A stretch of 64,000 nucleotides of DNA, from positions 54,808,001-54,872,000 of the forward strand of contig OX597830.1 in NCBI GenBank assembly GCA_951406725.2. The letters are read 5' to 3'. Numbering within the stretch: the stretch's first letter is position 1; every line of letters starts with the position of its first letter. This stretch comes from Octopus vulgaris (taxonomy: Eukaryota). The notes beneath the pieces are model-generated. The model had not been told where the DNA came from and did no database searches. It worked only from the letters and a program-made list of their open reading frames with translations. The position numbers and the translations under genes are program-made. This document shows, in pieces, positions 38,964 to 52,996 of the stretch.

Positions 38964-39826
38964 GTTCTTGAGCAAAACACTTCATTTTACGTTGCTCCAG
39001 TCCACTCAGCTGGCAAAAATGAGTAATCCTGCGATGGACTGGCATCACGTCCAGCTGGGGAACACATACGCCATAGAAAACAGGAAATCGGATCCAGGAG
39101 CCTGGCTAGGCTTTAAAAGGGCGTATTTATTTTATTTATTATGTATTCACACACAACAAATGTCCAAACACAAGCTTGGAAGTATGTATAATGCTATTGC
39201 TGGATAGTACAGGGGAAATCTGAAGGTGAATGAGCTGTATACTGTACTCTACTATGTTCTTTACAGAATGTACCATGACTATGTATATATGTGTGTCTAT
39301 AAATAAGGGTAGAAATTGATATTAATCAATTAAAACCAGTGACCAAGCATATTTTAAAAAAATTCGAAGATTAAAAATTTTTTGCATACAAAATTTAGAG
39401 GACTGACCTCTAAAAGTGGACAGCCTATATGCTAAACATATGCTTGGTCACTGGTTTTAATTGATTAATATCAATTTCTACCCTTATTTATAGACACACA
39501 TATAAACATAGTCATGGTACATTCTGTAAAGAACATAGTAGAGTACAGTATACAGCTCATTCACCTTCAGATTTCCCCTGTACTATCCAGCAATAGTATT
39601 ATACATACTTCCAAGCTTGTGTTTGGACATTTGTTGTGTGTGAATACATAATAAATAAAATAAATATGCCCTTTTAAAGCCTAGCCAGGCTCCTGGATCT
39701 GATTTCCTGTTTTCTATGGCGTATGTGTTCCCCAGCTGGACGTGATGCCAGTCCATCGCAGGATTACTCATTTTTGCCAGCTGAGTGGACTGGAGCAACA
39801 TAAAATGAAGTGTTTTGCTCAAGAAC
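38964..39826. repeat. Inverted duplication, 389-bp arms with 85-bp spacer
   Basis: 38964-39352 is the reverse complement of 39438-39826 with about five substitutions and no indels. Confidence 0.95.
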
Positions 39827-39910
39827 ACAAAGCATCGTCTGGTCCAGGAATTGAAACCACAATCTTATGACCATGATGCTGACACCCTAACCACTAAGCC
39901 ACGCACCTCC
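39660..39910 (-). mobile_element. SINE family D (tRNA head, CTTGAGCAAAACACTT core)
   Basis: Head GGAGGTGCGTGGCTTAGTGGTTAGGG; relatives at ~3350-3625, ~42509-43085 and ~52158-52400. Confidence 0.7.
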
Positions 39911-40679
39911 ACGTGTGAATAGACAACTAAAAAAATTTCAACAAGAATTAGTCAACAAGAAGGAGTACAGTTGGACATTTATTTTTCAATCACTACAATT
40001 GTTTCTACACACTGTAGTTCTCCATATATGCAGGTTTTTGACGATGCACCTGTTTTCCTGCATTATGAGATCTAGTTGTGTTTTGACGATATGTAAATAT
40101 TGTCTTTTTTAATTACACACACACACACACACACGTACACACTTATATATACATGCATAAATGCATATACATACACATACATGTGTGAGCATGTTTAGTT
40201 AATAAGACATAATTTCTTATTCCTCTGGTCTATAATCCACTCAGTTGAGGAGTCTTGTCTTGTGGATACTTGGTGACCTCACTGGCACTGGTGCCATGTT
40301 AAAATTACCCAGTGCACAAGATTAAGTGGTTGGTGTTAGGAAGGGTATCTAGCTGTAGAAACCATGTCAAAGCAGTCAAAGAACCTGGCAGAGTCCTCTT
40401 ATTTCTTAGAGAGGACAAACAAGGACAGACAAATGGATTAAGTCGATTACATCGACCCCAGTGCATAACTGGTACTTAATTTATCGACCCCCGAAAGGAT
40501 GAAAGGCAAAGTTGACCTCGGTGGAATTTGAACTCAGAATGTAACACCAGATGATATACCGCTAAGCATTTCGCCCGGCGTACCAACAGTTCTGCCAGCT
40601 CACCGCCTTTCCTCTGGCTCATCTGTTCTTATCAAACCATCCAACCCATGCGAGCATAGACATAAAGGACATTAAATGA

Positions 40680-40710
<31 letters not shown>

Positions 40711-40744
40711 AATGATGATGACGATGATGATTGTTGGTTTGTTT

Positions 40745-41111
40745 GTTGAGCGAAGCGGTTTTCGTCCTCTTGGGAGAAGTCTGAAATGTGGTCCTTTGCT
40801 ATTTGTAAGACCCGCAGAAGAGAAACCAGGTCCACCTCCCCACCCCCGACGCCGAGAGCATCGACGGATGGATGAATGCGCATCCAGGCTCAGCGGTTGC
40901 ATAGGAAGTCGGGGACAAGAAACAGGAAGAAAGAGTGAGAGAAAGTTGGAGCGAAAGAGTACAACAGGGGTTGCCACCACCCCCTGCCAGAACCTTGTGG
41001 AGCTTTAGGTGTTTTTGCTCAATAAACACACACAACGCCCGGTCTGGGAATCGAAACTGCGATCCTCCGACCGTGAGTCCGCTGCCCTAACCACTGGGCC
41101 GTTGCACCTCC
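40745..41111 (-). mobile_element. SINE family C
   Basis: Same head and body as 35651-36018. Confidence 0.82.
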
Positions 41112-41434
41112 ACTAACGATGATGATGATGATATATACACACACATATATGTGCATACATATATAAGTATGTGTGTGTGTGTGTGCACACGCATGTGTAT
41201 GTGTGTGTGCGCATGTGTGTGTGTATGTGTGTATGTATATAATATATGCATTGTATACGTGCATGTGTGCACGTGTTTGTGTTTGTAAGATATTAGAATG
41301 GATTTGTTTGTGCTTTGAGAGTCTCAGCTCCTGTCTGTGCCTAAGTCCAAGTGGAGAACTTGAGAGTTGTTTTGACTGTATGGAGTAGAAGAGAATGCTA
41401 GTACAATATCTAGGTCAACCAGGAAATAGATTTA

Positions 41435-41482
<48 letters not shown>

Positions 41483-42038
41483 GAAAACATTGCCAAAATG
41501 GGTGGACTGCAGCCAAAATAATGTGTTATTGACTGAACACACAAAGACACACATCTGCATGTGATTTTTAGCATGTATGTATATGTATACATGTATATGT
41601 ATGTGGTAACAAGCACACACACACACACACACAACACAACACACTGCATCTCAAAGGTCATTCAGTCCAGACTATATTTCAGTAATCATCTTCTACAAGT
41701 GTTTCATTGTTTACACTTTACTCTCTCTCTCTCATTTTTTACTTTTGTTTTGATTTCACATCCTCCACCACCACCACCTTCTCACATGTCACAGAATGAT
41801 CCAGCTGTGTGGGCTTGCCAGGTCAGGCTGTTATGGACATTTAAACCGACCCCCACCCCCGTATTTAAACCCCCCCCGCTTCCTCCCCCTCGGCCATATC
41901 TGGGGTGGGGGGGATGGGTGCAAATATTTTATGTTTAAACCAGCCAGAGGTGTCTTCTCACACCTACCCTACAATGTCATTCTAAAAATGCAACAATCAC
42001 ATTATTGCACTCTCAAAGCTACAAATAATGAATGATTA

Positions 42039-42458
42039 GGCGCAGGAGTGGGTGTGTGGTAAGTAGCTTGTTTACCAACCACATGGTTCCGGGTTCAATC
42101 CCACTGCGTGGCACCTTGGGCAAGCGTCTTCTACTATAGCCTTGGGCCGACCAAAACCTTGTGAGTGGATTTGGTAGATGGAAACTAAAAGAAGCCTGTC
42201 GTATACATGTATATATATATATATATATACGCGTGTGTGTGTTTGTGTGTCTGTGTTTGTCCCCCTAGCATTGCTTGACAACCAATGCTGGTGTGTTTAT
42301 GTCCCCGTTACTTAGTGGTTCGGCAAAAGAGACCGATAGACTAAGTACTAGGCTTACAATGAATAAGTCCCAGGGTTGAGTTGCTCGATTAAAGGTGGTG
42401 CTCCAGCATGGCCGCAGTCAAATGACTGAAACAAGTAAAAGAGTAAAGAGTAAGAGTA
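42039..42458 (+). mobile_element. SINE family A inserted in a TTAA-MITE
   Basis: Full length; MITE sequence continues on both sides (~41860-43127). Confidence 0.82.
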
Positions 42459-43270
42459 ATTAATTTAAAGCCATGTGAATAAATAAGCTTTACATTTGAC
42501 GGAATTGTAGGTGCATGGCTTAGTGGTTAGAGTATTTGACTTATGATCATAAGGTCACGAGTTCAATTCCTGGTGACATGTGTCCCTGAACAAGACACTT
42601 TCTTTCACGTTGCTCTAGTCTGCTCAGCTGGCAAAAACAAGTTGTACCTGTATTTCAAAGGGCCAGCCTTTCTGCACTCTGTGTTACACTGAATCTCCCT
42701 GAGAACTACATTAAGGGTATGGGTGTCAAGGCGACGAGCTGGCTAAGGTGACAAGCTGACAGAAACATTAGCACGCCGGGCGAAATGCTTAGCCGTATTT
42801 CGTCTGCCGTTATGTTCTGAGTTCAAATTCCGCCGAGGTCGACTTTGCCTTTCATCCTTTCGGGGTCAATAAATTAAGTACCAGTTATGTACTGGTTTCG
42901 ATATGATTGACTTAATCCGTTTGTCTGTCCTTGTTTGTCCCCTCTGTGTTTAGCCCCTTGTGGGTAGTAAAGAATTAGGTATGGGTGTCTGTGGAACACT
43001 CAACCACATGCATGCTAATTTCACAAGCGGGCTATTCTGTTGATTGGATCAATTGGAACCTTTGTCGTCGTAAGTGATGGTGTACAAGTTTACAGTTGAC
43101 AGGAAAATCTGAATGCTAAAGGGTTAATGGCCATGCTGCATGTTGGTAAAGGTTGGATGGGTTGACAGGATCTGCCAGCTCCAGGGACAACATTGTGCAC
43201 TAATACTTGCTTTGACATGGTTTCTACCACTTGATGCCATTCATAATGACATGAGTGTGTACATATGCAA

Positions 43271-43311
<41 letters not shown>

Positions 43312-43454
43312 TGCACCCCTCTAAATGAACCGCTATATATGCACCTCCAACATACTTTATACACATAACTGGCATACTTATACTTTTTTGAAGTTATTGT
43401 GATCAACTTGGAATCTTATAAAATTGAATAAAAAATACACACTTGCTACATTAT

Positions 43455-43499
<45 letters not shown>

Positions 43500-43739
43500 A
43501 CACAAACTTCCAAGTATTTTATTAGTACTGGTGTTGTTATTCCATAACATTCTTTTTTATATTTGTACAAGGTCCCATTCAGCTTTGGTATGTTTTATAT
43601 ATGTCAACTGTTTCGTTTTTGGATTTGGTTCCCAAGATTCTTTATGTGAGTTCGTGTGTTGAAGCATATTCTGTTGTGTCTGGGGAGAGTCATTTTCTTT
43701 TTGCGCCTTATAATGTAACACACTCACCAGTAAAATTTC

Positions 43740-43855
43740 CACTTATTTCTTATTTTTATTTTCCTAAAATTTCCGTTGCATCTTGCAACCTTTTCAATAG
43801 TCAAGACAACAAAAATTTTAGGAAAATAAAAATAAGAAATAAGTGCTTTGATTGT
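43740..43855. repeat. Inverted repeat (33-bp perfect core)
   Basis: CACTTATTTCTTATTTTTATTTTCCTAAAATTT / AAATTTTAGGAAAATAAAAATAAGAAATAAGTG. Confidence 0.8.
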
Positions 43856-44119
43856 GGTTGACAGAATGGTTGACCAAACCAATACAGGTACTTTTGAATA
43901 AGAGTTGAGGAAAGGAATTGATCGAACAGTAATGGCAAACTTTGGAATTGACACAAGATGCAAAAGCACAAACATGAAGAATCCAGTAAAGGTAAACTTG
44001 TCCAAATATTTTCAACATGTACAAGTCCATTATTGGGAACTGGACTATCTTATAGCCAAAACAGGACAGTGTGAACAAACACATGGTATTGGGGAATTTT
44101 GCCACAATACTGATCACTG

Positions 44120-44167
<48 letters not shown>

Positions 44168-44899
44168 CAACAACAACAACAACAACACTAATATATTTTT
44201 ATTTGTCTTCCATACCCATCCCTGTCAAATATAAGTGAGCTGTAGACTGCTTTCTTATAATAGATTTTCTTTGAACCAAACACCAGAAGATCTGGTTGAG
44301 CCAAACTGGAATTTCTGGTTGTTCTTTCGGTAATGTTTATGGAGATTAGTGTGTATGTAGGTGTGCATGTGTGTGTGTGTGTGTGTGTATGTGTGTGTTA
44401 ATGAATCAGTTGTCAGGATGGTCATGGATAGAGGAAGTGGGAGGTAAACCAGTCCAAATTCTTTACATTCAGTTGTGATGTTATATTAGTTCAACTGTTA
44501 TTTATGTAAGTTTGTACTGACAAAGTTCAAATTTCATGTCTACAAGGTTAAATGAAAGTAGCTAGATGTTTATTTATGGATCACAAGGCTGTAAATTCAA
44601 TTCTTATGACTGCCAAATTTTAGTTACTTCTATTTTAATATTCCTTCAAAGGAAGAAAAGAGTCAAGGATTAACAAATTAACAGATTAAAGAAATCATTA
44701 TTTAGTTGTTGTTTAATTCCAGATCAATTCTAATCAAGCAAACCTATGATCAAAAGCAGTTCAACTGTGATCTTCCCATCTATTTTCTTATCCACAGAGG
44801 CCTGAAGACTATGTTGTCCAATGAGTTTGTTTTTAAAACAGTAACGCATGATTTGAAGGCGATTTGGATGTTAACTGTAGTAGGTCCAGTGGTCAACCA

Positions 44900-45447
<548 letters not shown>

Positions 45448-45489
45448 TTAGATGCATATATGTACATATATGCATACATAAACATATAT

Positions 45490-45900
45490 GTACAGTAATG
45501 CCTTGATATATGAGTTAATTTGTTCCCAGAAAAATATTTTACCAATAAAATTTATAATGCTCATAAATAAATAGCAATAAAACAACAGTAAAATATGAAG
45601 CAAAAAGAGTGTCAAGATCATTGATAATATTATCATTATAATTGTTTTCTTAATTACTTTCACTCACACTAGACTTGTGCACACCAACACTTGTTGACGT
45701 GATTGTTGATTCACAAGCACTCATAGACAGACTCGTAGATTTCTTTTTAAAAAAACAAGTCTAATGTTGTTTTCTTAGAAGAAGCTTTTTTCACTCTATA
45801 AATTTCTTGGTAATACGCAGAAGTGTTTGTTATGGCAGTAGAAACTTTTGAGCTTCATTCAAACTTTCGGGCTTACAAAACGGATGTATAAATTCCAGAT
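45490..45900 (-). mobile_element. pogo/Tigger-like transposon 3' relic
   Basis: Minus strand reads …SSKVSTAITNTSAYYQEIYRVKK…KKTTLDLFF (Tigger-like C-terminus); TA|CAGTAATGCC terminus at 45490. Confidence 0.5.
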
Positions 45901-46102
45901 ATAAAGATATAAAAGTATATATAAGTAGATATAAGTCGGTGTTATACATAAAACACAGTGAATTTACATTTTAAAAGTTATAAAATATTGGTATAATTAA
46001 AAATTTGGGATGATGAAACATTAAAAGGACATATTAAAAACCTCTGAAAAATAGCACAAAAATGTATAAATCTAGAGCTCCATCTACTAAGCTTTATTAT
46101 AT

Positions 46103-46104
<2 letters not shown>

Positions 46105-46142
<38 letters not shown>

Positions 46143-46593
46143 AATTATTGTATACAGTGCTCAGGTGCACCACAACTTGTCAAAAGTGCATATAAAGCAT
46201 ATGCAGTAATGTACAAATGTCTGGAAAGTGAACAATGTATGAGTCAGATACATGCTTGCATGTGTATGGAGGGGAGAAAATCAGGTGTAGTGTTGGCAAA
46301 TCTCAGGAAGCATGGAAGTTTTGAAGGATGCAGTGCTCCGACAACTAACAACTGATGCCGGCAGTTTGTTCCCTGCTTCAGCAACTCTTAGCGTGAAAAA
46401 ATGCTTCCAAAAGTCATGGGAGCTGTTCTGTTTTCTGACTTTGTAAACATGTCCACGGGTGTTAGACTGGTGGAGTTTGAAAAGGTGCTCTGAGTTATTG
46501 TTTGTAAGATGGTTAATAATTTTATGGGTGTCTGCTAAGTCAGCTGCCAGACGTCGGAGTTTCAATGTATCCATGCCCAGGGAAGTAAGGCAT
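46105..46593 (-). mobile_element. CR1-type LINE 3' fragment with (ATT)n tail
   Basis: TLKLRRLAADL…NTRGHVYK…FFTLRVAEAGNKLPASVV…FKTSM; 3' end GTGCACCTGAGCACTGTA followed by (ATT)n. Confidence 0.8.
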
Positions 46594-46599
46594 TCAGAA

Positions 46600-46945
46600 T
46601 ATGGCGTCTTTTAGCAGCTTATCATATAAACCATTAATAACTTCATATAGGTTATTAGTCTTATCCGAAAATACAAACTTATTTTTAGAACTTCTAAAGT
46701 TTTTAATATCAAATATCACTTTAGTTTGAAAGGAGATATGGTATTTACGAAATCTAATATTGGTAACTAAATTCAGGAGGTCAGACTCAAGGGGGACTAA
46801 ATCTATAACAATAGGAGGATATTTACATGTCTTTAAACCATAAAGTTCTCTATATGAGGGAGATAATCTGGAATCAAGAAATAAAGTTTTCCATCTCATC
46901 TGTTTCACAAGATCTTCAACTTCCTCAAGTATGATTCTGAGATCT
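46600..46945 (-). pseudogene. Penelope-like element ORF fragment (region N-terminal to RT)
   Basis: EEVEDLVKQMRWKTLF…YGLKT…PP…ESDLLNLVTNIRFR…FQTK…SDKTNNLY…YDKLL resembles the PLE 'KRMRWKA…ADKT.NLY' region. Confidence 0.7.
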
Positions 46946-47054
46946 GAAACTATTAATAGCGCTTTAATACATGTATTGTGACCTTTAAATAAGCAATATA
47001 TATCTCTCACCAGTTGGAATACATTTTTTTGTCAAATTTTCTATCATGAATCAG

Positions 47055-47109
<55 letters not shown>

Positions 47110-48154
47110 CAAAATAAGCAACAAGGATATCCAAGGTAGTGTAGTACAATTGTTTCATGCTACTTCATTTTATTAAACACTGTAAGTACTACATAATGTA
47201 CATACATACACACACGCACACACACACACATATACATATATACATGCATACATACACATATATATCACCATCATCATAGTTACACAAGTTACACATGTCT
47301 ACCTGTGATGTGTGTGTGTGTGTGTGTGTCTTCATTTGTTCATTCATTTATTGTCTGTCTTTCAGTGTCAGCATGACCTGACAGGAATCTATTCCCAATA
47401 AAGTATTACATGGCTGGATGCTCTTCCTGCAACTAACCTTTGCCTGCCTCTTAAAGATGGATTCATTTTATTTCACAGGACTTTCAAAGAGCAGAGTGAA
47501 TGATTGCAATGTCAACATGATGTGTAAACATCAAGATGGTTTCACTCAAATGGTGGTATTGAAATATCAACATTCACTTACATTTGCACAGAAACACACA
47601 CACACACACACACACATTACTAAATGTGTTGCAAAAGATTAATCTATAGAAATATGTACTGATGACTGGGAGGTGATACGGTCAACTAAACATTCTTAAA
47701 GGCAGTGCCACAGCATGGCCACAGTCTAATGTCTGAATCTAATAAACTAGTAAAAGCTGAAAGAAAAAAAGGAAAAATTAAAAGTGTGATGTCATTTAAG
47801 ATAGATTTGAATGCCGATATTTTGAGCATTGGCTCTTGCTCATATAGCATAATGTTATTATTTATGGCTTATCTTTCAGAAAATTGTTCCATACTGACTG
47901 TAGATGGGGTAGGTATATGTGGCTAGCAATAGAATCTAATAAAAGAGATAAATGTTGCTTCTTAACAAGATTTATATGAATTTTGTGAATTTAGCAGCCA
48001 AGATAATTATAATATTCTTCAAATAAGTCAGTTGGAAAACATAAATACTATTTCTGGAAAAAAAAATCTGAAATTTTACTTCAGTGAACATTTTGTGATA
48101 GAGAAAAAGAATGACTGGATCTGGTTGTATGGAAAATATTGATTATCCTCTTGG

Positions 48155-48477
48155 ATATCTGTGTGTAGACATATGTGCATGTGTGTGTGTGTGTGCGCGC
48201 GATAGTTTGTATGCATAGATATGTATGTTCATGTAAGTATGTATGTGTATGTATGGATGGATGTGTTTATGTATATATGTATGTGTATGTGTGGATGTAG
48301 ATATGGGCATGTGCTTAAAGGGATGTATGTATATATATATATATATGCATGTGTGTATATATGAATTCATGAATGTGAGCATGTGAGTGCACAGTAGTGT
48401 GTATTTGTGTTTGTGTATGAGTGTATATGTATGTGTATGCATGTGTGTAGATATGGGTGTATATATATAAAGGGATG

Positions 48478-48515
<38 letters not shown>

Positions 48516-48625
48516 TATGTGCATTTTATGTGCACATGCATGTGTGTGTGCACATGTCTATGTGCATATGTGTATATGTATGTCTATGCATGGACGTAGA
48601 TATGGGTATGTGAATATAGGAGTGC

Positions 48626-48698
<73 letters not shown>

Positions 48699-49776
48699 CA
48701 TGCATGCGTATTTAAGTTTGTATATCAAAAGATGGGTGAGGGTGTGTGAGTATGCAATCATTTATATTTATGTGGGCGGGTGTAAGTATGTTTGTGTATG
48801 TGAATGTCTGGGTATATGTACATGTGTGTGTATATATATATATACACACATACATATATATATATCTATATATCTATACATATATATATACATATATATG
48901 TGCTTGTGTATGCATGCATCTATACATTTGTGAATGTTTGTATGTATATGTATCAGTGTAAGCCTATGTATATGTGTGTGTGTGTGTTTGTACACACACA
49001 CACATGCCGGCGCACATATATATTTATAGATATGTCTGGGTGTATAGAGAGGTATGTATATGTATGGGTGTGGTGTATGTATGAATTATTTAAGTTTTTC
49101 TTTCACACAACTCAAAACCACCCACTAACAAGACACCCAAAACTGCTTCTGGTATTTTTTGAATATGTAAATGAGTTAGTGTGTGCATATATGTAGATGT
49201 GTGTGTGTGTATCTCTGTGTGTGTGTATCTGTGTGTGTGTGTATCTGTGTGTGTGTGTTTATGTTTGTGTGTGTGCACGTATGTGTGTGTGTGTGTGTGT
49301 GTGTGTAAATTTCCTCTCATGTAATGTACGTATCTGTTTCTTTAGTATACAAGAGTGTGTTCATGTGGGATTTACTACTCTGTAAATATGTGTGTGCCAC
49401 TGCACATGTGATTGTGGGTATGTGTTCAATCCAGGGACCTCAAATGGAAAATCCCTGAAATGTTCTACAAATTTTCACTGTACCCCTGTCTGTCTGTCTG
49501 TCTGTCTGTCTGTATGTATGTATGTATGTATGTATGTATGTGTGTGTGTGTGTATGTATGTATGTGTGTGTGTATGTATGTATGTATGTATGTATGTATG
49601 TGTGTGTGTATGTATGTTTGTATGTGTGTGTGCATGTATGTATGTGTGTGTATGTTTGTATGTGTGTGTGCATGTATGTGTGTGTATGTTTGTATGTGTG
49701 TGTGCATGTATGTGTGTGTGTGTATGTTTGTATGTGTGTGTATGTTTGTATGTGTGTGTGTATGTATGTGTGTGTG

Positions 49777-49807
<31 letters not shown>

Positions 49808-49970
49808 TGAATATGTGCCATATTTGTATATATGAATGAATTTAATATATGTGTATGTATGAATTGAATGTAATATATATGTGTGTGTATATGTAATACA
49901 TGTAATATATATGTGTTTGTATGTGGGCAATGAATGTATGTATGTAGGTGTGTATGTGTGTGTATATTTT
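48155..49970. repeat. Extended (TG/TA/TATG)n low-complexity region
   Basis: Directly visible; source of many spurious ORFs. Confidence 0.9.
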
Positions 49971-50186
49971 TTAGAATTTTTCCTATGAGGAAAGAGGTGG
50001 TTTCTAACAAAGAAGCAAAAGTACCATCACTTGAATTTGAATAGCAAAAATATCAACTATTACATGTTGAAACTTAAAAAACTCTTGCATATTTTTACAG
50101 TTCCACTTATAAAATTGTATCTGCAGAGTTCATATTAACCAGTCTTCTAATTTTGCTTGAAAATCCTAGCTTTTCCAGTTTGTCAC

Positions 50187-50414
50187 TTAACCCTTTAGCG
50201 TTTAAACCGGCTATATCTCTCCCATATACTCTACTCATTTTATGCTCAAACTGGCCAGAACCAGTATCTCACACCTACCCTGCAATGTCATTCTAAAAAT
50301 AAACAATTACATCTTTCAAATCTTGATGCTACAAGATAATACCAGATTAATTTTTTTAAATGTAAATGAATAAGTATTACTTCTGACATATTAATTTGAA
50401 CACTTAAGGGTTAA
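50187..50414. mobile_element. TTAA-flanked piggyBac-like MITE (same family as 59907)
   Basis: TTAA-CCCTTTAG…TAAGGG-TTAA; similar interior. Confidence 0.68.
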
Positions 50415-50479
50415 ACATTTACTAACATAACCGAATGCATCAATGATGATTGATATAAACGTATATTTATAATCAGGGT

Positions 50480-51045
50480 TGTGTAACCACAGGTTTTTGA
50501 AGCAGTTATCTAAAAATATTCTCCTCGCCGATTTTGGAAAAAATGTTAATATCTGTAGAATAACTAACCTCTATGATGGTATTTGACTTTTTTGTTTTTG
50601 CATCATGTAACTATATCAGTTCTGTTATGTTTGTACTCAGAAGCAGCTTTGATTAAAATGTTTCACCAATATTCTTTGTATTGGAATGCATGTATTCTAT
50701 AGCAGAGGTTTTGTTTACATATGTCCTTGGGTAGTCTTTTCTGTAGACAGCATTGCATATTGTTTCAGTAACAACATCATATCTCAGCAGGCGGTAATAC
50801 CTCAATGACACTTTTGGAAAGCAGCTGCTTATTATATGTAATGCCTTTCTTTGAAAAGAACCATAGTTGACATTTACCATTGTATCTCAAGAGTTTAAGG
50901 GTTTCGCAGTCTCTGTTTTTCTTTAAATATTCCATAGCTGCCTGCTGCTCATGGATTGCAAAAGCATCACTTTTGAAAAGTGATATGATTTAACAACCAC
51001 AAGTTCAAAAATGGCTACACTTCATGTTAATATTGTCATCCTCCT
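50480..51045 (-). pseudogene. R4/Dong-clade fragment (CCHC-to-RLE region), highly decayed
   Basis: FAIHEQQAA…HIISSC…RYYRLLRYDVV (degenerate HIISGC…RHD). Confidence 0.55.
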
Positions 51046-51049
51046 CATA

Positions 51050-51210
51050 GGCGCAGGAGTAGCTGTGTGGTAAGTAGCTTGCTTACCAACCACATGGTTC
51101 TGGGTCCAGTCCCATTGCGTGGCACCTTGGGCAAGTGTCTTCTACTATAGCTTCGGGCCGACCAAAGCCTTGTGAGTGGATTTGGTAGACGGAAACTGAA
51201 AGAAGCCCGT

Positions 51211-51259
<49 letters not shown>

Positions 51260-51690
51260 TGGCACGTAAAAAGCACCCACTACACTCACGGAGTGGTTGG
51301 CGTTAGGAAGGGCATCCAGCTGTAGAAACACTGCCAGATAAGACTGGAGCCTGGTGCAGCCTTCTGGCTTCCCAGATCCCCGGTCGAACCATCCAACCCA
51401 TGCTAGCATGGAGAACGGACGTTAAACGATGATGATGATGATATATATGTGTGTGTGTGTGTGTGTGTGTATGTGTGTTTGTGTGTGTGTGTTTGTCCCC
51501 CCAACATCGCTTGACAACCAATGCTGGTGTGTTTACGTCCCCATAACTTAACGGTTCGGCAAAAGAGACCGATAGACTAAGTACTACTCTTACAAAGAAT
51601 AAGTCCTGGGGTCGATTTGCTCGACTAAAGGCAGTGCTCCAGCAAGGCCGCAGTCAAATGACTGAACCAAGTAAAAGAGTAAAGAGTAAG
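51050..51690 (+). mobile_element. SINE family A (interrupted by an RTE UTR copy)
   Basis: Head at 51050, tail AAGTAAAAGAGTAAAGAG. Confidence 0.8.
51258..51442 (+). mobile_element. RTE 3'-UTR-only copy nested in the internal (TA)n of a family-A SINE
   Basis: GGTGGCACGTAAAAAGCACC…(GAT)n between the SINE halves 51050-51257 and 51443-51690. Confidence 0.78.
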
Positions 51691-51849
51691 ATGGCAGAGC
51701 TGGTAGATAAGGTGCCAAGCTGGCAGAATTGTTAGCTTGTCAGGCAAAATGCTTTACAGCATTTTGTCCATCCTTAAGTTCTGAGTTCAAATCCTCATGA
51801 GGTTGACTTTGTCTTTCATCCTTTTGGGATTGATAAAATAAGTACCAGT

Positions 51850-52042
51850 CAGAGGCATATATTCCGGGTGTGCTAGGTGTGCGATGCCCACCCATTGAAA
51901 ATGGCAAATGCATAATAAAAATTAAGCTTACTCATTAATTTAATTACAAATCTTAATGGAAAACTTTTGTTGCGCACCTGCTTGAAATTCGGTGGCACTG
52001 GGTGTGGCAGCTCACCAAATACAACAACCATATACACCACTG
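51850..52042. mobile_element. hAT-like MITE inserted in a family-B SINE
   Basis: Imperfect TIR CAGAGGCATATAT / CAGTGGTGTATAT; 8-bp TSD GTACCAGT / GTATCAGT. Confidence 0.7.
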
Positions 52043-52458
52043 GTATCAGTTGTGTACTGGCATCAATGTAATCAACTTACCCACTTCCCTGAAATTGCTG
52101 GCCTTGTGCCAAAATTTGAAACCAATATTGTCATCCTTCTCATGTTTACAAATGTGAAGGCATGTGGCCTAGTGGTTAGAGTGTAGCACAAATGATTGCA
52201 AGATCATGGTTTCAATTCTTGGACTGGGCAGTGGATTGTGAAATTGTGTAAAACACTTTGTTTCACTCTGTTCTAGTCCACCCAGATGTGAGTGACTCTA
52301 CGATACACAAATATCCTTTTAGGGAGAATGATGTGATCATGATCCCTTTCATTCCATACAAACTAGGTATCTGACCCTATGAGTTCGAGGACTTCAGACA
52401 GTAATGTCCAGAGATTATCTTTACCTTTAACTTTACCAAGTTTTCAAGTAACATACCC

Positions 52459-52626
52459 GAGTGGCTGTGTGGTAAGTAGCTTGCTCACCAACCACATGGT
52501 TCCAGGTTCAGTCCCACTGCGTGGCACCTTGGGCAAGTGTTTTCTACAATAGCCTCTGGCCGACCAAAGCCTTGTGAGTGGATTTAGTAGAAGGAAATTG
52601 AAAGAAGCCTGTCGTATATATGTATA

Positions 52627-52664
<38 letters not shown>

Positions 52665-52873
52665 TGTGTCTGTGTTTGTCCTCCCAACATCGCTTGACAA
52701 CCGATGTTGGTGTGTTTACATCCCCGTAACTTAACGGTTCAGCAAGAGAGACTGATAGAATAAGTACTAGGCTTACAAAGAATAAGTCCTGGGGTCAATT
52801 TGCTCGACTAAAGGCGATGCTCCAGCATGGCCACAGTCAAATGGCTGAAACAAGTAAAAGAGTAAAAGAGTAA
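52459..52873 (+). mobile_element. SINE family A
   Basis: Internal (TG)n and (GAGTAAAA)n tail. Confidence 0.82.
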
Positions 52874-52996
52874 GCATAACTTTTTCTGTGATGTGTAGTG
52901 CATGAATCATTGCTGAGATATACTAAACCTACAGTATTGGATTCACATGAGAGGTTAGTGAGAAGTGATTGCTTCTTCAGGAGGATATGCATTTTT

